DNA of 64,000 nucleotides, from assembly GCA_003539495.1 (NCBI GenBank), contig DPPB01000031.1, positions 21,407 to 85,406 of the forward strand, given 5' to 3'. This document shows, piece by piece, positions 54,882 through 64,000 of this stretch (position 1 is its first letter; each line of letters opens with the position of its first letter). Made by a program: the position numbers and the translations under genes. A model generated the notes under the pieces. That model saw only the letters and a list, made by a program, of their open reading frames with translations, made no database searches and had not been told where the DNA came from. This stretch comes from Oscillibacter sp. Its GTDB lineage: Bacteria > Bacillota > Clostridia > Oscillospirales > Oscillospiraceae.

Positions 54882-56233
54882 GCTTTTTCCAGTTCCTCAA
54901 CGATTTTTTCGAAATGCATGGCATGAGAGGCCTTCACCAGCACTGCGGTGCCGGGGGTGAACTCCCGGTGGAGCGTCTCACAGGCCTGCTCCACAGTGTC
55001 AAAGTGATATACATTTCCCCGGGCCGTCTCCGTCAGATACTTCATCCACTGGCCGATAGCTACCACGCACTCCAGCTTCAGCTCATTTAGCAGCAGCCCG
55101 ATCTGCTCATGGGCCTCGGCCGCTAAATCGCCCAAGTCAAACATATCCCCCAGTACGGCCATGCGCCGGGGCCGGCGGGTGCCCGCCAGCAGCCGCAGGG
55201 TCTCGGCCATAGCCTGGGGATTGGCGTTGTAGCAATCGTCAATGATGATCCGCTCCCCGGGACAGTGGATCAGCCGCATCCGGGACCCGGTGGGGGTGTA
55301 GGCCGCCACGCCACGGATGATTTCCTCCTTGCTAAGGCCCAGGTATTCCCCAATGGCCACGCCCATGGCGGCGGAATAGATCATAAACCGTCCCGGTGAG
55401 GGAATGCGCAGCGAATAGCTGTCTTTTTCCGTGGTCACAGTGCAGCTTAGGCCCTCAATGCCGCGCTCACAGATGTCCGTCACCCGGACATCGCAGTTTT
55501 CACTCTCGCCGCAGCGCAGGGTCTTAAAGGGTAAATGCAGGGTGCTTAGCAGGGGGTCGTCCCCGTTGAGCACGGCGAGGCCGCCCGCCTGCAAATTCTC
55601 GAAGATCTCGCTCTTGGCCCGGAGGACGCCCTGACGGGTGCCGTCCAGGTTGCCGATATGGGCGTCGCCTATGTTGGTGATGACGGCGATGGTAGGCCGC
55701 ACCATGGTGCCCATGCGGCGAATTTCGCCGAAGTGGTCCATGCCCGTCTCGATGACCGCCGCCTGATGCTCTTTTTCCAGCCGCAGGAGGGTCTGTGGCG
55801 TGCCCACGAAGTTATTGAAATTTGCCAAGGTCTTGAGGGTATGAAAGTGCTGGCTCAGCACCGCCGCCAGCATCTCCTTGGTGGTGGTTTTGCCCGCGGA
55901 GCCGGTGACCTGCACCATAGGGATGTCAAACTTGCCCCGATACCAGGCCGCAAGTCTTCCCAGCGCCGCCTCGGTGTCATCCACGGCGATGTAGAATTTT
56001 CCGGGCAGCAGTACCTCGGGCATTTGGGCGCACAGGCAGCCCGCCGCGCCCTTCTGAAGGGCCATGTCTATGTAGGCGTGGCCGTCGAACCGCTCGCCCA
56101 CCAGGGGCACGAACAGGTCCCCGGTCAGGATATCCCGGCTATCGGTGCTGACGCGCCGGGCGGTATCGCCGTCCTGCAGGAGCTTTCCGTCTACGGCAGC
56201 GGCAATCTCCCGGGCCGTACAGGGGATCCTCAT
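54878..56233 (-). CDS. murF: UDP-N-acetylmuramoyl-tripeptide--D-alanyl-D-alanine ligase
   Basis: Mur ligase P-loop GSAGKTTTKEM and MurF collinearity. Overlaps ddl (ATGA). Confidence 0.9.
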   Translation of the reverse strand: MRIPCTAREIAAAVDGKLLQDGDTARRVSTDSRDILTGDLFVPLVGERFDGHAYIDMALQKGAAGCLCAQMPEVLLPGKFYIAVDDTEAALGRLAAWYRGKFDIPMVQVTGSAGKTTTKEMLAAVLSQHFHTLKTLANFNNFVGTPQTLLRLEKEHQAAVIETGMDHFGEIRRMGTMVRPTIAVITNIGDAHIGNLDGTRQGVLRAKSEIFENLQAGGLAVLNGDDPLLSTLHLPFKTLRCGESENCDVRVTDICERGIEGLSCTVTTEKDSYSLRIPSPGRFMIYSAAMGVAIGEYLGLSKEEIIRGVAAYTPTGSRMRLIHCPGERIIIDDCYNANPQAMAETLRLLAGTRRPRRMAVLGDMFDLGDLAAEAHEQIGLLLNELKLECVVAIGQWMKYLTETARGNVYHFDTVEQACETLHREFTPGTAVLVKASHAMHFEKIVEELEKA

Positions 56234-57291
56234 AGCCGCTCCGCCTTTCTCACGCGCAGAGACTCCTCCGCGATCTTTTCACACAGGGTGTCGTAGTCCA
56301 TGCCTGCGGCTGCCGCCTCCTGAGGCACCAGGCTGGTGGGGGTCATGCCCGGGAGGGTGTTCACCTCCAGGCACCAGGCCCGGCCCTCCTCGTCCAGAAT
56401 AAAGTCTGTCCGGGAGTAGACGGAAAGGCCCAGGGCCTTATGCAGCTTCAGCGCCGCCTGGCCCACCTGCTTCCACTCGTCGTCCGTGATAGGGGCGGGG
56501 CAAATTTCCACGGCGCCGCCCTTCTGATACTTGGATTCATAGTCGAAATACGCATTCTTGGGGATAATCTCCACAGCAGGGAGATAGTCATCACCCAAAA
56601 CAGCCACCTGGATCTCCCGGCCCTTGATTTTCTTTTCCACCACCACATGGTCGCCATATTGGAGCATACGGCGCAGGGCACCCGCCAGCTCCTCCTTGGT
56701 GTCCGGCAGCTCCACGCCGATGGAGCTGCCGCCGTTGACGATCTTCACGGCGCAGGGCGTCTCCAGCTTCTCCACCAAAGCGGGGATATCCGCCTCGGTG
56801 TAGCGCACGTCGTGCCAGGGAGCGGTGCGGATGCCCTCGGCGTCCATAAAGCGCTTGGTGATGGCCTTGTCCATAGCCATGCCGCTGGAGACATAGTTGC
56901 TGCCGGTGTAGGGTACGCCCAGCAGGTCCAATGTGGCCTGGATACGCCCATCCTCGCCGCAGGAGCCATGGAGGGCCAGGAACACCAGGTCCGCCATGGC
57001 GCACACCTGCAAAACGCCTTGGCCCAGCATGGAGGGGCTCTGATCCCTCCGGGAGCGGCGCACCGCCTCCAGATCCGGGGCGTCGGAGGACACGCTGTGG
57101 TCGGCGCACAGGCCGTCCGGCGCATCAAAAATATCCTCTATTTTCCCGGTATAGCTCTCCAGACCCAGAAACATATCCACCAGCACCGCCCGGTGTCCCC
57201 GGCGGCGCAGGGCGCGGCAGATGCCGGTGCCGCTGGTGAGCGCCACATTGCGCTCGGTGCTGAGACCTCCTGCCAAAACAATGATCTTCAT
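56230..57291 (-). CDS. ddl: D-alanine--D-alanine ligase
   Basis: MKIIVLAGGLSTERNVAL… and the ATP-grasp region. Start ATG 57291. The upstream 44 codons of the track ORF are unlikely. Confidence 0.9.
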   Translation of the reverse strand: MKIIVLAGGLSTERNVALTSGTGICRALRRRGHRAVLVDMFLGLESYTGKIEDIFDAPDGLCADHSVSSDAPDLEAVRRSRRDQSPSMLGQGVLQVCAMADLVFLALHGSCGEDGRIQATLDLLGVPYTGSNYVSSGMAMDKAITKRFMDAEGIRTAPWHDVRYTEADIPALVEKLETPCAVKIVNGGSSIGVELPDTKEELAGALRRMLQYGDHVVVEKKIKGREIQVAVLGDDYLPAVEIIPKNAYFDYESKYQKGGAVEICPAPITDDEWKQVGQAALKLHKALGLSVYSRTDFILDEEGRAWCLEVNTLPGMTPTSLVPQEAAAAGMDYDTLCEKIAEESLRVRKAERL

Positions 57292-57420
57292 AAAGCAAAC
57301 CTCGATTCTGCCAACCGGCAAGATAATATACCAATAGTCAATTAATATACCAATAGATAGTATAGTATAGCATATCCGGCCGCAGATTACAACGGATATA
57401 CAGGAAGATTTTGATGGGTA

Positions 57421-57454
57421 CAAAAGCCGGGTGCAGTCTTACTCCGCACCCGGC
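57421..57454 (-). terminator. Intrinsic terminator after ftsW
   Basis: gccgggtgc-agtcttactcc-gcacccggc followed on the minus strand by TTTTG. A direct repeat AATATACCAATAG x2 lies at 57330-57365 in the ddl promoter region. Confidence 0.65.
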
Positions 57455-57482
57455 CTACTCTCTCTTTTTTTCTATTTTATTC

Positions 57483-58630
57483 TCACCGCAGCCACTCGGG
57501 TCGGGTGCGCTTCTGTATGCCGGAGGCCATTCCCATGGCAGCAAACAGCGTGACGATGGAGGTGCCGCCGTAGCTGACGAACGGCAGGGTCAGGCCGATG
57601 ACGGGCATCACAAACAGGCACATGCCGATGTTGCAAATCACCTGGAAGATCAGCATCGCCGCCACTCCTACACAGATATACATATCCATTTTCTGCTGGG
57701 TATGGCGCGCGATGAGCACGCAGCGGAAGATGATGGCCGCCAAAAGCGCAATGGTAAACAGGCACCCCAGCATACCCAACTCCTCGCCGATGACGGAAAA
57801 AATGAAGTCCGTGTGCCGGGCCGGCAGGCTCCAGGCGTCCTTGGCCTGGGTCTGGGTGCCGTGGAACAGGCCCTGGCCCGTGAGCTTGCCGCCGCCCAGA
57901 GCCAGGAGGCTGCGGGTCTGCTGCCAGCCCACGCCCCTAATATCCAGATCGTGGTCAAAGAGGGTCATGAACCGCTCCTTCATATAGGGGTTGATCTTAT
58001 CTGTCTCCCACAGGACATAAAAGGCGAAGCTGCCGCCCAGAATACCGATAACAAACCACCGTTTGGCCACTCCCGCCACAAAGCACATGCAGGCGAAGAC
58101 AAAAACAAACACCAGGGCGCTGCCCATGTCGCCGGACACCGCGGCATAGACCCCAACTATGAGGATCAGGTGTCCACCCAGCATGGCGATGGAAGGAACG
58201 GACTTGAGATCACGGTTTTCCTGCAGATATACAAGCTGCCGGGCCAGCAGAAGGATGAAGGTGATTTTCACGATCTCCGCCGGCTGCAGGCTCACCGGGA
58301 TGCCCTCCACGCCCAACCAGGCTCGGTTGCCGCCGGATTCCATGCCCAAGGGGGTCTTCAGCAGCAGAATCAGGACCAGACTACCGCCCAGGAGCCATTT
58401 CCAGTACTTGCTGATCTCTGCCAGGTCCAGCATGCTCATGAGCACATAGGCTACAATGCCCAGGCACAGAGCCGCCAGCTGGACAACGACATTTTTATAA
58501 GAACCCGTATAGTGGGTGGCGCTGGCAATCATCAGGCAGCCGAAAAGGGTTGTGCCCGTGCAGAGGGCAAGCAGCACCAGGTCTACCTGGCGGAAGCAGC
58601 CGACAAAAATTTCCCATATTTTGCGCAGCA
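57483..58630 (-). CDS. ftsW: SEDS-family peptidoglycan glycosyltransferase (FtsW/RodA/SpoVE)
   Basis: 10-TM SEDS topology with conserved …ERFMTLFD…, …LPFVSYGGTS…. Start at MLRKIW preceded by GGAGG. Coordinates approximate to ±2 nt. Confidence 0.85.
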
Positions 58631-58689
58631 TATGGCCGGCCTCCTTTCGTGGGGAGAGAGCATACAAAAGAAAAAAGTGAAAGTTTTTT

Positions 58690-59110
58690 TGAAAACGGGG
58701 TTTACGGATTGCCACAACCAGCCTGCGGGCCGGTCTGGCAATGACACAGTATAGGAAATGCGGTGGGACGGAACGATGCGGGCATCGTCCCCTACGAAGT
58801 GTTTACCGATAGGATTTCGTAGGGCGGCGTGCCCTCACGCCGCCGTGATGGTGCGGTGGTTATCGGGCGGCGGGCTGAGGGCAGCCCGTCCTACGGGTGG
58901 GTTACAAGAGGTGCGGTGGGGCGGTGATACACGCGCGTGCCACCCTACAAGAACTTTTGTAGGGCAGGGCCCGTGTGCCCTGCCGTGGGTGCGGGAAAGG
59001 AATCCCCCAGTCTCGGCTTTGCCGTGCCAGCCCCCTTTAGGCAAGGGGGCCTTGGGGACGGGGGTGCGGATTGCCACAACCAGTGACATCGGTCACTGGT
59101 TTCGCAATGA
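58690..59110. repeat. Composite array of palindromic repeats: family B (58699-58748, 59064-59110) flanking family A (58758-59010)
   Basis: A 26-nt identity to 893-925 (GTAGGGCGGCGTGCCCTCACGCCGCC). Multiple CCCTACG/A…GTAGGG hairpins. CGGATTGCCACAACCAG…GCAATGAC modules at both ends. Confidence 0.7.
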
Positions 59111-59269
59111 CATGGGTTTTTGCAAGAGGTGCAGTTTTGTCCGCAGAAAATACCACGACAGTATATAGTTTACCACAAGAAGTTTTTTCTGTAAACGCCT
59201 CCTCCGCTCTTTTCTTTTGTTTTTTGTCGTGCTATAATAAGCTGATTGCAGGCAAAGAGGGTGAGAAGC

Positions 59270-59698
59270 ATGGTCTATCGGACGGAGAGTGCGGCGCAGA
59301 CGGAGGCCTTAGGCCGGGAATTAGGTGCGAGGCTGCGTCCGGGCAGTGTAGTGGCCTTTCGGGGCGGCCTGGGCATGGGCAAGACCGCTTTTACCCGGGG
59401 TCTGGCCCAGGGCCTGGGCTGCACAGGCCGGGTCACAAGCCCTACCTTTACCATAGTCAACGAATACCGGGGGAATATTCCCCTGTTTCACTTCGATATG
59501 TACCGGCTGGACAGCTCCGATGCCCTCTTTGACATCGGCTGGGAGGACTATCTGGACCGGGGCGGCGTGTGCGCTGTGGAATGGAGCGAGAACGTAGCCG
59601 ATGCCATGCCTGACGGCACGGTGTATGTGACCATCCAGCGCTCTCCGGAGGGCGAAAATACCCGAAAAATTACCATTACAGGAGGCGACGCACTGTGA
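59270..59698 (+). CDS. tsaE: tRNA t6A biosynthesis ATPase TsaE (YjeE)
   Basis: P-loop GGLGMGKTAFTRG and TsaE collinearity. Start ATG 59270 has RBS AAAGAGGGTGAG. TATAAT at 59233. Confidence 0.85.
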   Translation: MVYRTESAAQTEALGRELGARLRPGSVVAFRGGLGMGKTAFTRGLAQGLGCTGRVTSPTFTIVNEYRGNIPLFHFDMYRLDSSDALFDIGWEDYLDRGGVCAVEWSENVADAMPDGTVYVTIQRSPEGENTRKITITGGDAL

Positions 59699-60408
59699 AA
59701 ACCCTGGCGCTGGAGACCTCGGCCAAGAGCGTGTCCGTGGCCGTGACGGAGGACGGCAGGGTGCTGGCCTCCTCCTACCAAAATATCGGTCTGACCCACA
59801 GTGTGACATTGATGCCGCTGCTGGACGGGATGCTGCAAAACGCGGGGCTGGCTCTTTCAGACATGGATCTTTTAGCCGTGGCGGCAGGGCCGGGCAGCTT
59901 TACAGGCCTGCGCATCGGCGTTTCGGCTCTGAAGGGCCTGGCCTGGGCAGAGGATAAGCCCTGCTGCGGCGTGTCCACCCTGGAGGCCATGGCCCAGAAC
60001 GGGCGGCTGTTTGAGGGCACCGTCATCTGTGCCATGGACGCCCGGCGCAGCCAGGTATATAACGCCCTGTTCCGCTGTGAGGACGGCCAATTGACCCGCC
60101 TGTGCCCGGATCGAGCCATCGGTCTGGAGGAACTGGCGCAGGAGCTGAAGGAGGACGAAAATCCCAAGCTGGCCGTGGGCGACGGCGCCCACCTGTGCCG
60201 GGACTACCTCAATAGCCACGGTATCCCCTGTCGCCTGGCGCCGGAGAATGGACTATACCAATCCGCTGTGGGGGTGGCCCTGGTGGCAGAGGACATGGCC
60301 CGCCGGGGCGAGACCGTCAGCGGCCGGGATCTGGCGCCCACCTATCTGCGCCTTTCTCAGGCGGAGCGGGAGAGGCTTGAAAAGGGCTTGAAGATCACAT
60401 TGGATTGA
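59695..60408 (+). CDS. tsaB: tRNA t6A biosynthesis protein TsaB (YeaZ)
   Basis: [17 protein letters not shown]…[11 protein letters not shown] is the ASKHA/YeaZ signature. Overlaps tsaE (ATGA). Confidence 0.85.
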   Translation: MKTLALETSAKSVSVAVTEDGRVLASSYQNIGLTHSVTLMPLLDGMLQNAGLALSDMDLLAVAAGPGSFTGLRIGVSALKGLAWAEDKPCCGVSTLEAMAQNGRLFEGTVICAMDARRSQVYNALFRCEDGQLTRLCPDRAIGLEELAQELKEDENPKLAVGDGAHLCRDYLNSHGIPCRLAPENGLYQSAVGVALVAEDMARRGETVSGRDLAPTYLRLSQAERERLEKGLKITLD

Positions 60409-60458
60409 CAGGCCCTATCATTTCGTTTTTAATTTTTTTATATACGGAGGATACTTCT

Positions 60459-61100
60459 ATGAGCACAAAATTCCCCACCCTGCACATTGTAAACCACCCC
60501 CTGGTGCAGCACAAGCTGTCAGTGATGCGCGACAAGAACACCAGCGTAAAGGATTTCCGCACCCTGGTGGGTGAGATCGCCATGCTGCTGACCTATGAGG
60601 CCACCCGGGATCTGCCCATGACCACTAAGACCATTGAGACCCCCCTGTGCTCTTATGAAGCTCCCGTGCTGGCCGGCAAAAAAATGGCCATCGTGCCCAT
60701 TCTGCGGGCGGGCCTTGGCTTTGAGGATGGTATTCTGACACTGGTGCCCTCCGCCCGTGTGGCCCACATCGGCATGTACCGGGACGAGGAGACTCTGGTG
60801 CCTCACTTCTACTTTTTGAAGTACCCCAAGGATATTACGGACCGGGATGTGCTCATCGTTGACCCCATGCTGGCCACCGGCGGCAGCGCTGACATGGCCA
60901 TCACCAAAATGAAGGAGCTGGGCTGCAAGAGCATCAAGCTCATGATTCTGGTAGCCGCTCCCGAGGGCGTACAGTACATCTATGACCGCCACCCCGACGT
61001 GGAGATTTACTGCGCCGCTCTGGACGATCATCTGGACAAGAACGGCTACATCGTCCCCGGCCTGGGTGACGCCGGTGACCGTATCTTCGGCACCAAGTGA
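60459..61100 (+). CDS. upp: Uracil phosphoribosyltransferase
   Basis: …[16 protein letters not shown]…, the PRPP loop [12 protein letters not shown] and the C-terminal [18 protein letters not shown]. Confidence 0.95.
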   Translation: MSTKFPTLHIVNHPLVQHKLSVMRDKNTSVKDFRTLVGEIAMLLTYEATRDLPMTTKTIETPLCSYEAPVLAGKKMAIVPILRAGLGFEDGILTLVPSARVAHIGMYRDEETLVPHFYFLKYPKDITDRDVLIVDPMLATGGSADMAITKMKELGCKSIKLMILVAAPEGVQYIYDRHPDVEIYCAALDDHLDKNGYIVPGLGDAGDRIFGTK

Positions 61101-61267
61101 TCCCGGCGAAGGGGCTGGCTGCAGTGCGCATGTTTTTGTGTGCTACGCAATAATTCCATGCCGGCAGCCTGAGAGATAATTTTTCTCTGCTACTGTGGGT
61201 GCGAAAAATGCTCCCCATTCTTTGCACCCACAGGCGGCAACTCCCATAAAGCTATCAAAAAGGGGCG

Positions 61268-61300
61268 AGAAGCTGTGCTTCCCGCCCTTTTGCCTGTTTT
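61268..61300. terminator. Bidirectional terminator between upp and the SDR gene
   Basis: gggcgagaagc-tgt-gcttcccgccc with T-rich runs on both strands. Confidence 0.6.
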
Positions 61301-61309
61301 ATTAGGATT

Positions 61310-62074
61310 TTACGGCTTTTTCTGCTGCTTGCACCAGATGTTCATGATCATGCGCACCGGCAGCAGCTTTACCAGGCGCACCTGCATCCGCACGGGAAAT
61401 CCCAGAATGGACACGGTCTTACCCTTGCGCAGATCCCTCATAGCTTTTTCCACCACATCCTCGGATTCATACCACCGGTCGAAGAAGGAGACTGTGCTGT
61501 CATGAACGGCCCGGTCCATGAACTCCGTTTTCACCCACCCGGGGCATACGCACAGCACCTGGATATCCCGCCCCTTCAGCTCCCGGCCCAGGGCCCGGGA
61601 GAAGCTGAGCACATAGGCCTTGCTGGCGCCGTACACGCTCATATAGGGCACCGGCTGCCAAGCGGAGTTGGAGCCCAGGTTGATGATCTTGCTGCCCGGA
61701 TGCATGTAGGGCAGGCTCATGTGGCACATGGCGGTGAGGGCCCGGTCGTTCAGCTCCACAATGCCCAGCTGAGAGGCCATGTCCATCTCCGCAAAGGGAG
61801 TGAACTTGCCGTACCCGGCAGCGTTTACCAGGGCCACGATCTCCGGCTGCTCCCGCTCCAGAGCCTCCTGATAGCGGCGGAAGGCTTCGTCCCGGGACAG
61901 GTCCATGGCAAAGGGGACAATGGTTGCGTGCACCTGCTCCTGCAGGGCCAGAAGCCTGTCCTCCCGCCGGGCGATGACCCAGATCTCTTGGGGACTGAAT
62001 TCCCGATCCACGGCCCGCACAAAGTCCCGGCCCATACCGGAGGATGCTCCGGTAACCACAGCGATTTTTTTCAT
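61310..62074 (-). CDS. Short-chain dehydrogenase/reductase (SDR)
   Basis: MKKIAVVTGASSGMGR (TGxxxGxG) and the YxxxK region. Confidence 0.85.
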   Translation of the reverse strand: MKKIAVVTGASSGMGRDFVRAVDREFSPQEIWVIARREDRLLALQEQVHATIVPFAMDLSRDEAFRRYQEALEREQPEIVALVNAAGYGKFTPFAEMDMASQLGIVELNDRALTAMCHMSLPYMHPGSKIINLGSNSAWQPVPYMSVYGASKAYVLSFSRALGRELKGRDIQVLCVCPGWVKTEFMDRAVHDSTVSFFDRWYESEDVVEKAMRDLRKGKTVSILGFPVRMQVRLVKLLPVRMIMNIWCKQQKKP

Positions 62075-62121
62075 AGTATAGGATCCTCCTGACAGAATAA
62101 TTTGTCGGTGCTAAGGTGTAA

Positions 62122-63060
62122 TCAGTGCATGGGGCAGCCGTGGGTCTGCATGCCCGCCCGCTCCCGGCGCAGGGCCCGCTCATAGATCATCTCCCCGGCT
62201 ATAGACACGGCAATCTCTGCCGGAGTCACGGCCTTGATGGCCACACCCACGGGGGCGTGGATGGAGGAGATGGCCTCCTGGCTGACGCCGGCAGCCCGAA
62301 GCCGCTGGTTTACCGAGGCCGTCTTGGTCCGAGAGCCGATAACGCCTACATAGGCAGTGGGCTGCCGCAGAATCTGCTCCTGCACGGTGAAGTCGTGGGT
62401 GTGGCCGTTGGTCATAACCACCGCATAGTCCTCCGGCTCCACCGTGATATAGCGGCTGATGGAGGCAAAGTCTCCATAGATAAGCCGCTCCGCATCCGGA
62501 AACCGTTCCGCCGTCACCAGATCAGCCCGGTCGTCAAACACCGTCACCCGGAAGCCGATGGATTTGAGTACCGGGCACAGGGCCAGCGAGCAGTGCCCCG
62601 CCCCGAAGAGAATGGCCCGCTCCCCCACGGCAATGGGCAGGGCAAATACCTCCGCCGCCTGCGGCCGCTCCCTTGCGAGATATCCCTTCGCCCCGGACAG
62701 GGGCAGCGCCAGGTAGCCCGGCTGATATTTGGCGATGCAATCCAGAAGCGTGGCGGCCAGGACGTGCCACAGCTGGTCCTCTGCGGAAATGTAGGTGAAC
62801 AGCACCCGCACATCGCCGCCGCAGATCATGCCGATGTCGTCCGTGTCGCTGCGGTGGAGCTTGTAGTCCCGGATGTCGCCGTGACCGGCTTTCAGAAGCT
62901 CCCGGGCGTGAAGGATGGAAAGATTTTCCACATTGCCGCCGCCGATGGTGCCCGCCTGGGGCCCCTGGGCATCCACCAGCATCTGTGCGCCGGCACCCCG
63001 GGGAGCGGAGCCGGATTCCCAAACGATGGTCGCCAAAACGGTGTCACGGCCCTTTTCCAT
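62122..63060 (-). CDS. xdhC: XdhC/CoxI-family molybdoenzyme maturation protein
   Basis: N-terminal XdhC_CoxI domain (…LATIVWESGSAPRGAGAQMLV…) and C-terminal Rossmann XdhC_C (…FGAGHCSLAL…). Start ATG 63060. Confidence 0.75.
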   Translation of the reverse strand: MEKGRDTVLATIVWESGSAPRGAGAQMLVDAQGPQAGTIGGGNVENLSILHARELLKAGHGDIRDYKLHRSDTDDIGMICGGDVRVLFTYISAEDQLWHVLAATLLDCIAKYQPGYLALPLSGAKGYLARERPQAAEVFALPIAVGERAILFGAGHCSLALCPVLKSIGFRVTVFDDRADLVTAERFPDAERLIYGDFASISRYITVEPEDYAVVMTNGHTHDFTVQEQILRQPTAYVGVIGSRTKTASVNQRLRAAGVSQEAISSIHAPVGVAIKAVTPAEIAVSIAGEMIYERALRRERAGMQTHGCPMH

Positions 63061-63269
63061 TTCATACAGCAATTTTGCAAAGATCGTCTGCGTGCAGATC
63101 ACCCCTTTTGTTTGTGCATAGCTGACACTTATTCTACACTGTTTTCGGAAAAGAAACAACACAATTTGTTCGGCCATGCCGAATTATTGCTCCATTAAGC
63201 GGACTTTTTTGTTGCGCGGAAGCCAGGGGTATGATAGGATGGATAAAGAAGGAGTGAGCGCCGTAGTTA

Positions 63270-64000
63270 TGGAACGAATCAGCTTTCAAAAACCGGATCT
63301 GCACATGCACTCCGTATATTCCGACGGGACGGACACCCCGGAGAGCCTGCTGCAAAACGTCCGCGCCGCCGGGCTGGACCTGTTCGCCCTCACCGACCAT
63401 GACACCGCCGAGGGCTGTGCCGCCGTAAGAGCTCTGCTGCGGCCCGGGGACCCGGCGTTTATCGGCGGGGTGGAGTTCTCCTGCCGGGATGGGAGGGGCA
63501 AGTACCATGTGCTGGGCTACGGCTTCGACGCGGACCGGCCTGCCATCCGGGAGACGGTGGCCTATGCCCACCACAGCCGCATCCTGAAAATGCAAAATCG
63601 CTTCGGCTATCTGCGGCAGCAGTACGGGTTTACCTTTACCCCGGAGGAGCAGGCAGAGCTCATGGGACTAAAAAACCCCGGCAAGCCGCACTTTGCGGCC
63701 ATGATGTTAAAAAAAGGGTATGTAAAAACCAAGAATGAGGGATTCGAGGTGTTTGCAAACTATCGGGACACGGAGCCGGCCCTCCCGCCGGAGGACGCCA
63801 TAAGTGCCATTCTCCGCTCCGGGGGCATCCCGGTGCTGGCCCACGGCATCCTGGCCGACGGGTCGGGGGCGCTGACGGAGGAGGAGATCACGGCCCGGGT
63901 GGAGCGGTTCCGGGCGGCCGGGCTCCTGGGGCTGGAGTGCTATTACTCCGCCTTTACGCCCCGACAGAGGGAGATTATGCTAAACCTGGCGGAGAAGTTT
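63270..64000 (+). CDS. PHP-domain phosphoesterase (TrpH/YciV-like), 3' end beyond the window
   Basis: MERISFQKPDLHMHSVYSDGTD…LTDHDT is the PHP motif I/II. The ORF is open to the window end and is therefore absent from the ORF track. Confidence 0.75.

Overview
This is a high-GC (~60%) Firmicutes/Clostridia-type chromosomal segment, with gene content resembling Oscillospiraceae/Ruminococcaceae gut anaerobes. About 60 genes are present, mostly on the minus strand.

The flanks are housekeeping. One side has thrS with a T-box leader, the yhbY-nadD/yqeK-rsfS cluster, rdgB-rph, ftsY-smc, panT-coaX, spoVK, an ApbE flavinylation triad, recR, rpe and trkA. The other side has glyA, degV, a tsaC-coaE fusion, prfA, an ABC-F protein, murF-ddl-ftsW, tsaE-tsaB-upp and xdhC.

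The centre (about 26-45 kb) is accessory-like and is the most interesting part.

- An AT-rich XRE/ImmA regulator pair.
- Two very large cell-surface proteins, one with two DUF4430 domains and one with a prenyltransferase-like alpha/alpha-toroid domain plus FIVAR-like repeats. Together they resemble a split transcobalamin. They sit behind what looks like a cobalamin riboswitch with its own intrinsic terminator.
- A cobalamin nucleotide-loop operon: a TIM-barrel protein, cobT, cobU, cobS and a truncated cobU paralogue.
- Two flavoprotein genes.
- A promoter-driven operon encoding a 1589-aa HD / NadD-like / PRTase multidomain protein, translationally coupled to an LDH-like dehydrogenase.

The candidate undescribed system is the combination of a riboswitch-controlled corrinoid-capture surface module with this giant nucleotide-metabolism enzyme next to cobTUS.

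Also notable:
- Several enzyme fusions: NadD-YqeK, Sua5-CoaE and EamA-HAD.
- A likely homopolymer frameshift in yihY.
- Two families of GC-rich palindromic intergenic repeats, with at least eight copies or fragments in the window, inserted between operons and terminators.

All assignments rest on motif recognition by eye. No database searches were run.
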